This document shows, in pieces, positions 53,401 through 64,000 of a DNA stretch of 64,000 nucleotides. The position numbers and the translations under genes are program-made. The notes beneath the pieces are model-generated. The model saw only the letters and a program-made list of their open reading frames with translations, was not told the origin of the DNA and made no database searches. How positions within the stretch are numbered: position 1 is the first letter of the stretch; the number at the start of each line of letters is the position of its first letter. The stretch comes from Eimeria praecox (lineage: Eukaryota), in contig OY986949.1 of NCBI GenBank assembly GCA_963920595.1, positions 3,286,001-3,350,000 on the forward strand. Direction: 5' to 3'.

Positions 53401-54690
53401 CATTACCGTCTCCTCTGAACCTACCAAAAGCAAACATACGTCAACAACACACTCACCACGAAGATGCTCTGCCCCTCTGATGCCCGTTCCAAAAGAAAAC
53501 AATTAATTGGCACTACAAACCGTAACCTCCACGCACGCCACCTCTCCTAAACCCAAACTCAACAACATCTGCTCCCCCTCCCACCAACCTCCTCACCCCA
53601 CCCACGCCTCCTGCTCACTGCTGTAGACTCCTCCAAACGCTGACAACGCCTCCGACGAACATGGCAACAAACACAACTCTGCTCACTACCCCCAACCGGC
53701 ACATGCCATCCTCAGCAACCTAACGCACGTGACGCTTGTGATATGCTGTGTCACAGCTGGTGAGTTAATAACGCCCTAGCGGCCAACCGGAGTCCTTACA
53801 GCCTTCAACGTCGGTCAGAAAGCCTTATCAAGAACACGACTCCTTGGACCACAGATTCCAGCAAATCCACGCACCTAGCCTCGGCAATTCACTGTGTCGC
53901 TTCCGTCCATCAGTGCCCTTCCGCCCCTACCAAAGCAATCAACACACAATCTACAACAAACCAGCACGAGTACATATTTGCTCCTGAGAAAGCCACCACA
54001 CTTCCTACGTCTCGTCACATAAAACACACAACATCCCTTCACCTGCCTCCTCTCATCGCAATTGCCAACTTCAACCTCACCAGCCCGAACTGGCGACACA
54101 TCAACCCTCAACCGCCCACCAAGCCCAGCCATCCGCCAGCACAACACCAACGTATGCACATAAGACGTGCCTCACGCACTAACACTTCTCCCTCCCGCAA
54201 CCCACCCGCCGCAAGCAGAGATGCAACCACCAAACTCTAGAAAAACAACAACCGATAAACTAGGCTTGTAACCGCTAAGCAGAGTCACAACGTCCCCTCA
54301 ACAAAACCGAAACACCGCACCGCACCCATGCATGCAACAGCTCCTACAAAACAGCCAAGCACTTAGCCCACCAAAGCCCCAACCACCCAAAACCAAAGCC
54401 CCAAATGCCAACACATCTAACTGCATCCATATCATCCTAACCCTCCACACATACCCAACAAGTATGCAAGATAACCCAACCCATACAATACCCCTCACAC
54501 ACTCTCTGCATTCCCCGCAACCCGCTATACCCTTATCCTCTTAGGCTGCAACCTACAAACACACAATGCAACGTTCCACACCGCACCTATTTGCCGAACA
54601 TGCCTTCCTCCCATTGCAAAACGGCGTTGCCCACAATCGGCCCTCCTCTGGACCTACTAAACGCAAACATACGTCAACAACACACTCACC
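50500..54690. repeat. Degenerate border copies of the 1250-bp macrosatellite
   Basis: Marker GCACGCCA(C/T) at ~51176, 52397, 53533 and 54766 (spacings ~1220, 1137, 1232). CCAAAACCAAAGCCCCAAA at ~52024, 53155 and 54387. GTGACGAACTTCCTGC at 50528 and 52530. Confidence 0.85.
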
Positions 54691-57600
54691 ACGAAGATGC
54701 TCTGCCTCTCTGATGCCCGTCCCACAGGAAAACAATCCATCGGTACTACAAGCCGTAACCGCCATGCACGCCACCTCTCCTAAACCCAAACTCAACAAGA
54801 TCTGCTCCCCCCCTCCCACCAATCTCCTCATCCCACCCACGCCCACTGACCACCCATTCGACCTCCTCCCAAACCTCCCAAGGCCTACGAACATCTTGAC
54901 AGACACAAATCTGCTCACTGCCCTCTGCCGGCGCATGCTCTCTCTAACACCCTAACGCACGTGCCTCTCCTGCCAAGGTAGAAGGGCCATGACGCGCGTG
55001 TGACGAACTTCCTGCTCATCCAACGAACTTCATTGCATCCATAAACGCCGGTATGCACACACTGCCTAATAACCCATCTTCATGCGCCGCACACACCACC
55101 ACATGCACACAACTAGCCTCGGCTCGGCCATTCACTTCGTCGCCTCCCTCCATATTTGCTCATCTGCTCCTACCAATGTCATCAACACACCAATATACAA
55201 AACGCAGCAGTCCGCATGCGGTTGCTCCTGGGAAGGCAAGCTCCCTTACTACCCCACACCCATTTACAACCACGCAGCAGGCCTTCGCCTCATGCCTCCT
55301 CTGAATGCCCTCGTCAGCCGCAACCTCACCTACCCACGGCCAAGCAACCCTCCACCACCCACCAAGCCCAGCCACTTACTCAACACCCCTCCGAAATCCT
55401 TTACATACGTTGCGTTCCACACCGCTCCTGTAATCCCCCCTGCCGCCTCTACCAGCCAACAGAAATGCAACCGCGAAAATCTGGAACCACAAAGTGATAA
55501 CTAATGTGCATGCTCACGAAGCAGCAAAGACACATCCAGCACCCAAAAAACCGAAACACCGCACTGCACAGCATCGATGCATGCAACACCTCCTACCAAA
55601 CAGCTAAGAACGTCTCCTACCAAAGCCCCAACCACCCAAAACCAAAGCCCCAAACACCAACACATCTAGCTGCATCCATATCATCCTAACCCTCCACACA
55701 TGCCCAACCAGTATGCAAGTTAACCCAACCCATACAATACCCCTCACACACTCTCTGTATTCCCAGCAACCCCGCTATGCCCTTATCCTCTTAGGCTGCA
55801 GCCTACAAACACACACTGTAGCGTTCTGCGCCACGACTGTTTGCCAAACAGGCCTTCCTCCCATTGCAAAACGGCGTTGCTCGCATTAGGCTCTCCTCTG
55901 AACCTACTAAACGCAAACATACGCCAACAACACACTCACCACGAAGATGCTCTGCCTCTCTGATGCCCGTCCCAAAAGAAAACAATCCATCGCTACTACA
56001 AACCGTAACCGCCATGCACGCCACCTCTCCTAAACCCAAACTCAACAAGATCTGCTCCCCCCCTCCCACCAATCTCCTCATCCCACCCACGCCCACTGAC
56101 CACCCATTCGACCTCCTCCCAAACCTCCCAAGGCGTACGAACATCTTGACAGACACAAATCTGCTCACTGCCCTCTGCCGGCGCATGCTCTCTCTAACAC
56201 CCTAACGCACGTGCCTCTCCTGCCAAGGTAGAAGGGCCATGACGCGCGTGTGACGAACTTCCTGCTCATCCAACGAACTTCATTGCATCCATAAACGCCG
56301 GTATGCACACACTGCCTAATAACCCATCTTCATGCGCCGCACACACCACCACATGCACACAACTAGCCTCGGCTCGGCCATTCACTTCGTCGCCTCCCTC
56401 CATATTTGCTCATCTGCTCCTACCAATGTCATCAACACACCAATATACAAAACGCAGCAGTCCGCATGCGGTTGCTCCTGGGAAGGCAAACGTCCTTCCT
56501 ACCCCACACTCATTTACAAGCACGCAGCAGGCCTTCGCCTCATGCCTCCTCTGAATGCCCTCGCCAGCCGCAACCTCACCTACCCACGGCCAAGCAACCC
56601 TCCACCACCCACCAAGCCCAGCCACTTACTCAACACCCCTCCGAAATCCTTTACATACGTTGCGTTCCACACCGCTCCTGTAATCCCCCCTGCCGCCTCT
56701 ACCAGCCAACAGAAATGCAACCGCGAAAATCTGGAACCACAAAGTGATAACTAATGTGCATGCTCACGAAGCAGCAAAGACACATCCAGCACCCAAAAAA
56801 CCGAAACACCGCACTGCACAGCATCGATGCATGCAACACCTCCTACCAAACAGCTAAGAACGTCTCCTACCAAAGCCCCAACCACCCAAAACCAAAGCCC
56901 CAAACACCAACACATCTAGCTGCATCCATATCATCCTAACCCTCCACACATGCCCAACCAGTATGCAAGTTAACCCAACCCATACAATACCCCTCACACA
57001 CTCTCTGTATTCCCAGCAACCCCGCTATGCCCTTATCCTCTTAGGCTGCAGCCTACAAACACACACTGTAGCGTTCTGCGCCACGACTGTTTGCCAAACA
57101 GGCCTTCCTCCCATTGCAAAACGGCGTTGCTCGCATCAGGCTCTCCTCTGAACCTACTAAACGCAAACATACGCCAACAACACACTCACCACGAAGATGC
57201 TCTGCCTCTCTGATGCCCGTCCCAAAAGAAAACAATCCATCGCTACTACAAGCCGTAACCGCCATGCACGCCACCTCTCCTAAACCCAAACTCAACAAGA
57301 TCTGCTCCCCCCCTCCCACCAATCTCCTCATCCCACCCACGCCCACTGACCACCCATTCGACCTCCTCCCAAACCTCCCAAGGCCTACGAACATCTTGAC
57401 AGACACAAATCTGCTCACTGCCCTCTGCCGGCGCATGCTCTCTCTAACACCCTAACGCACGTGCCTCTCCTGCCAAGGTAGAAGGGCCATGACGCGCGTG
57501 TGACGAACTTCCTGCTCATCCAACGAACTTCATTGCATCCATAAACGCCGGTATGCACACACTGCCTAATAACCCATCTTCATGCGCCGCACACACCACC

Positions 57601-60600
57601 ACATGCACACAACTAGCCTCGGCTCGGCCATTCACTTCGTCGCCTCCCTCCATATTTGCTCATCTGCTCCTACCAATGTCATCAACACACCAATATACAA
57701 AACGCAGCAGTCCGCATGCGGTTGCTCCTGGGAAGGCAAACGTCCTTCCTACCCCACACTCATTTACAAGCACGCAGCAGGCCTTCGCCTCATGCCTCCT
57801 CTGAATGCCCTCGCCAACCGCAACCTCACCTACCCACGGCCAAGCAACCCTCCACCACCCACCAAGCCCAGCCACTTACTCAACACCCCTCCGAAATCCT
57901 TTACATACGTTGCGTTCCACACCGCTCCTGTAATCCCCCCTGCCGCCTCTACCAGCCAACAGAAATGCAACCGCGAAAATCTGGAACCACAAAGTGATAA
58001 CTAATGTGCATGCTCACGAAGCAGCAAAGACACATCCAGCACCCAAAAAACCGAAACACCGCACTGCACAGCACCGATGCATGCAACACCTCCTACCAAA
58101 CAGCTAAGAACGTCTCCTACCAAAGCCCCAACCACCCAAAACCAAAGCCCCAAACACCAACACATCTAACTGCATCCATATCACCCTAACCCTCCACACA
58201 TGCCCAACAAGTATGCAAGTTAACCCAACCCATACAATACCCCTCACACACTCTCTGTATTCCCAGCAACCCCGCTATGCCCTTATCCTCTTAGGCTGCA
58301 GCCTACAAACACACACTGTAGCGTTCTGCGCCACGACTGTTTGCCAAACAGGCCTTCCTCCCATTGCAAAACGGCGTTGCTCGCATCAGGCTCTCCTCTG
58401 AACCTACTAAACGCAAACATACGCCAACAACACACTCACCACGAAGATGCTCTGCCTCTCTGATGCCCGTCCCAAAAGAAAACAATCCATCGCTACTACA
58501 AGCCGTAACCGCCATGCACGCCACCTCTCCTAAACCCAAACTCAACAAGATCTGCTCCCCCCCTCCCACCAATCTCCTCATCCCACCCACGCCCACTGAC
58601 CACCCATTCGACCTCCTCCCAAACCTCCCAAGGCCTACGAACATCTTGACAGACACAAATCTGCTCACTGCCCTCTGCCGGCGCATGCTCTCTCTAACAC
58701 CCTAACGCACGTGCCTCTCCTGCCAAGGTAGAAGGGCCATGACGCGCGTGTGACGAACTTCCTGCTCATCCAACGAACTTCATTGCATCCATAAACGCCG
58801 GTATGCACACACTGCCTAATAACCCATCTTCATGCGCCGCACACACCACCACATGCACACAACTAGCCTCGGCTCGGCCATTCACTTCGTCGCCTCCCTC
58901 CATATTTGCTCATCTGCTCCTACCAATGTCATCAACACACCAATATACAAAACGCAGCAGTCCGCATGCGGTTGCTCCTGGGAAGGCAAGCTCCCTTACT
59001 ACCCCACACCCATTTACAACCACGCAGCAGGCCTTCGCCTCATGCCTCCTCTGAATGCCCTCGTCAGCCGCAACCTCACCTACCCACGGCCAAGCAACCC
59101 TCCACCACCCACCAAGCCCAGCCACTTACTCAACACCCCTCCGAAATCCTTTACATACGTTGCGTTCCACACCGCTCCTGTAATCCCCCCTGCCGCCTCT
59201 ACCAGCCAACAGAAATGCAACCGCGAAAATCTGGAACCACAAAGTGATAACTAATGTGCATGCTCACGAAGCAGCAAAGACACATCCAGCACCCAAAAAA
59301 CCGAAACACCGCACTGCACAGCATCGATGCATGCAACACCTCCTACCAAACAGCTAAGAACGTCTCCTACCAAAGCCCCAACCACCCAAAACCAAAGCCC
59401 CAAACACCAACACATCTAGCTGCATCCATATCATCCTAACCCTCCACACATGCCCAACCAGTATGCAAGTTAACCCAACCCATACAATACCCCTCACACA
59501 CTCTCTGTATTCCCAGCAACCCCGCTATGCCCTTATCCTCTTAGGCTGCAGCCTACAAACACACACTGTAGCGTTCTGCGCCACGACTGTTTGCCAAACA
59601 GGCCTTCCTCCCATTGCAAAACGGCGTTGCTCGCATTAGGCTCTCCTCTGAACCTACTAAACGCAAACATACGCCAACAACACACTCACCACGAAGATGC
59701 TCTGCCTCTCTGATGCCCGTCCCAAAAGAAAACAATCCATCGCTACTACAAACCGTAACCGCCATGCACGCCACCTCTCCTAAACCCAAACTCAACAAGA
59801 TCTGCTCCCCCCCTCCCACCAATCTCCTCATCCCACCCACGCCCACTGACCACCCATTCGACCTCCTCCCAAACCTTTCAAGGCGTACGAACATCTTGAC
59901 AGACACAAATCTGCTCACTGCCCTCTGCCGGCGCATGCTCTCTCTAACACCCTAACGCACGTGCCTCTCCTGCCAAGGTAGAAGGGCCATGACGCGCGTG
60001 TGACGAACTTCCTGCTCATCCAACGAACTTCATTGCATCCATAAACGCCGGTATGCACACACTGCCTAATAACCCATCTTCATGCGCCGCACACACCACC
60101 ACATGCACACAACTAGCCTCGGCTCGGCCATTCACTTCGTCGCCTCCCTCCATATTTGCTCATCTGCTCCTACCAATGTCATCAACACACCAATATACAA
60201 AACGCAGCAGTCCGCATGCGGTTGCTCCTGGGAAGGCAAACGTCCTTCCTACCCCACACTCATTTACAAGCACGCAGCAGGCCTTCGCCTCATGCCTCCT
60301 CTGAATGCCCTCGCCAACCGCAACCTCACCTACCCACGGCCAAGCAACCCTCCACCACCCACCAAGCCCAGCCACTTACTCAACACCCCTCCGAAATCCT
60401 TTACATACGTTGCGTTCCACACCGCTCCTGTAATCCCCCCTGCCGCCTCTACCAGCCAACAGAAATGCAACCGCGAAAATCTGGAACCACAAAGTGATAA
60501 CTAATGTGCATGCTCACGAAGCAGCAAAGACACATCCAGCACCCAAAAAACCGAAACACCGCACTGCACAGCACCGATGCATGCAACACCTCCTACCAAA

Positions 60601-63600
60601 CAGCTAAGAACGTCTCCTACCAAAGCCCCAACCACCCAAACCCAAAGCCCCAAACACCAACACATCTAACTGCATCCATATCACCCTAACCCTCCACACA
60701 TACCCAACCAGTATGCAAGTTAACCCAACCCATACAATACCCCTCACACACTCTCTGCATTCCCCACAACCCGCTATGCCCTTATCCTCTTAGGCTGCAG
60801 CCTACAAACACACACTGTAGCGTTCTGCGCCACGACTGTTTGCCAAGCAGGCCTTCCTCCCATTGCAAAACGATGTTGCTCGCATCAGGCTCTCCTCTGA
60901 ACCTACTAAACGCAAACATACGCCAACAACACACTCACCACGAAGATGCTCTGCCTCTCTGATGCCCGTCCCAAAAGAAAACAATCCATCGCTACTACAA
61001 ACCGTAACCGCCATGCACGCCACCTCTCCTAAACCCAAACTCAACAAGATCTGCTCCCCCCCTCCCACCAATCTCCTCATCCCACCCACGCCCACTGACC
61101 ACCCATTCGACCTCCTCCCAAACCTCCCAAGGCCTACGAACATCTTGACAGACACAAATCTGCTCACTTCCCTCTGCCGGCGCATGCTCTCTCTAACACC
61201 CTAACGCACGTGCCTCTCCTGCCAAGGTAGAAGGGCCATGACGCGCGTGTGACGAACTTCCTGCTCATCCAACGAACTTCATTGCATCCATAAACGCCGG
61301 TATGCACACACTGCCTAATAACCCATCTTCATGCGCCGCACACACCACCACATGCACACAACTAGCCTCGGCTCGGCCATTCACTTCGTCGCCTCCCTCC
61401 ATATTTGCTCATCTGCTCCTACCAATGTCATCAACACACCAATATACAAAACGCAGCAGTCCGCATGCGGTTGCTCCTGGGAAGGCAAACGTCCTTCCTA
61501 CCCCACACTCATTTACAAGCACGCAGCAGGCCTTCGCCTCATGCCTCCTCTGAATGCCCTCGCCAACCGCAACCTCACCTACCCACGGCCAAGCAACCCT
61601 CCACCACCCACCAAGCCCAGCCACTTACTCAACACCCCTCCGAAATCCTTTACATACGTTGCGTTCCACACCGCTCCTGTAATCCCCCCTGCCGCCTCTA
61701 CCAGCCAACAGAAATGCAACCGCGAAAATCTGGAACCACAAAGTGATAACTAATGTGCATGCTCACGAAGCAGCAAAGACACATCCAGCACCCAAAAAAC
61801 CGAAACACCGCACTGCACAGCACCGATGCATGCAACACCTCCTACCAAACAGCTAAGAACGTCTCCTACCAAAGCCCCAACCACCCAAACCCAAAGCCCC
61901 AAACACCAACACATCTAACTGCATCCATATCACCCTAACCCTCCACACATACCCAACCAGTATGCAAGTTAACCCAACCCATACAATACCCCTCACACAC
62001 TCTCTGCATTCCCCACAACCCGCTATGCCCTTATCCTCTTAGGCTGCAGCCTACAAACACACACTGTAGCGTTCTGCGCCACGACTGTTTGCCAAGCAGG
62101 CCTTCCTCCCATTGCAAAACGATGTTGCTCGCATCAGGCTCTCCTCTGAACCTACTAAACGCAAACATACGCCAACAACACACTCACCACGAAGATGCTC
62201 TGCCTCTCTGATGCCCGTCCCAAAAGAAAACAATCCATCGCTACTACAAACCGTAACCGCCATGCACGCCACCTCTCCTAAACCCAAACTCAACAAGATC
62301 TGCTCCCCCCCTCCCACCAATCTCCTCATCCCACCCACGCCCACTGACCACCCATTCGACCTCCTCCCAAACCTCCCAAGGCCTACGAACATCTTGACAG
62401 ACACAAATCTGCTCACTTCCCTCTGCCGGCGCATGCTCTCTCTAACACCCTAACGCACGTGCCTCTCCTGCCAAGGTAGAAGGGCCATGACGCGCGTGTG
62501 ACGAACTTCCTGCTCATCCAACGAACTTCATTGCATCCATAAACGCCGGTATGCACACACTGCCTAATAACCCATCTTCATGCGCCGCACACACCACCAC
62601 ATGCACACAACTAGCCTCGGCTCGGCCATTCACTTCGTCGCCTCCCTCCATATTTGCTCATCTGCTCCTACCAATGTCATCAACACACCAATATACAAAA
62701 CGCAGCAGTCCGCATGCGGTTGCTCCTGGGAAGGCAAACGTCCTTCCTACCCCACACTCATTTACAAGCACGCAGCAGGCCTTCGCCTCATGCCTCCTCT
62801 GAATGCCCTCGCCAACCGCAACCTCACCTACCCACGGCCAAGCAACCCTCCACCACCCACCAAGCCCAGCCACTTACTCAACACCCCTCCGAAATCCTTT
62901 ACATACGTTGCGTTCCACACCGCTCCTGTAATCCCCCCTGCCGCCTCTACCAGCCAACAGAAATGCAACCGCGAAAATCTGGAACCACAAAGTGATAACT
63001 AATGTGCATGCTCACGAAGCAGCAAAGACACATCCAGCACCCAAAAAACCGAAACACCGCACTGCACAGCACCGATGCATGCAACACCTCCTACCAAACA
63101 GCTAAGAACGTCTCCTACCAAAGCCCCAACCACCCAAAACCAAAGCCCCAAACACCAACACATCTAACTGCATCCATATCACCCTAACCCTCCACACATA
63201 CCCTACAAGTATGCAAGATAACCCAACCCATACAATACCCCTCACACACTCTCTGTATTCCCAGCAACCCCGCTATGCCCTTATCCTCTTAGGCTGCAGC
63301 CTACAAACACACACTGTAGCGTTCTGCGCCACGACTGTTTGCCAAGCAGGCCTTCCTCCCATTGCAAAACGATGTTGCTCGCATCAGGCTCTCCTCTGAA
63401 CCTACTAAACGCAAACATACGCCAACAACACACTCACCACGAAGATGCTCTGCCTCTCTGATGCCCGTCCCAAAAGAAAACAATCCATCGCTACTACAAG
63501 CCGTAACCGCCATGCACGCCACCTCTCCTAAACCCAAACTCAACAACATCTGCTCCCCCCCTCCCACCAATCTCCTCATCCCACCCACGCCCACTGACCA

Positions 63601-64000
63601 CCCATTCGACCTCCTCCCAAACCTCCCAAGGCGTACGAACATCTTGACAGACACAAATCTGCTCACTGCCCTCTGCCGGCGCATGCTCTCTCTAACACCC
63701 TAACGCACGTGCCTCTCCTGCCAAGGTAGAAGGGCCATGACGCGCGTGTGACGAACTTCCTGCTCATCCAACGAACTTCATTGCATCCATAAACGCCGGT
63801 ATGCACACACTGCCTAATAACCCATCTTCATGCGCCGCACACACCACCACATGCACACAACTAGCCTCGGCTCGGCCATTCACTTCGTCGCCTCCCTCCA
63901 TATTTGCTCATCTGCTCCTACCAATGTCATCAACACACCAATATACAAAACGCAGCAGTCCGCATGCGGTTGCTCCTGGGAAGGCAAACGTCCTTCCTAC
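54690..64000. repeat. Homogeneous 1249-1250-bp tandem macrosatellite, >7 units, continues past the window end
   Basis: Equivalent positions at 54553, 55803, 57053, 58303, 59553, 60802, 62051 and 63301. Units differ by few substitutions. The + strand is strongly C/A-rich. Confidence 0.98.

Noticed and set aside
51174..64000. H/T/P/Q-rich plus-strand ORFs (including the 237-aa ORF) and G/V-rich minus-strand ORFs in the satellite
   Set aside because: The C/A skew depletes stop codons, so several overlapping frames are open at once. The edge copies do not preserve them.
54690..64000. 5S rRNA, tRNA or other known RNA gene tandem array; CRISPR array
   Set aside because: No recognisable 5S or tRNA sequence. 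Units are fully repeated with no unique spacers, and the context is eukaryotic.

Overview
Eukaryotic DNA of roughly balanced GC (judged by eye). It is most likely a coccidian apicomplexan such as Eimeria: it has an AAACCCT heptamer tract, recurrent TGCATGCA octamers and TGCAG-type splice acceptors. This assignment is inference, not a database match. I could not identify any intact gene, RNA gene, CRISPR array or transposon ORF. The window is dominated by tandem duplications of different ages. These are a degenerate ~1.26-kb triplication (2.6-5.5 kb), a near-identical 3.07/3.48-kb triplication (8.9-18.0 kb), an old diverged ~3.3-3.4-kb duplication (37.8-43.7 kb), a near-identical 3395-bp-period duplication (43.4-49.6 kb), and a C/A-rich 1250-bp macrosatellite. 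The macrosatellite has decayed copies from ~50.5 kb and homogeneous copies from ~54.7 kb to the window end. There are also several microsatellites. Splice-signal-bounded, partly homologous reading frames recur on the minus strand. They suggest a decaying tandem cluster of an unrecognised multi-exon gene family, and the macrosatellite may have been amplified from a piece of it.
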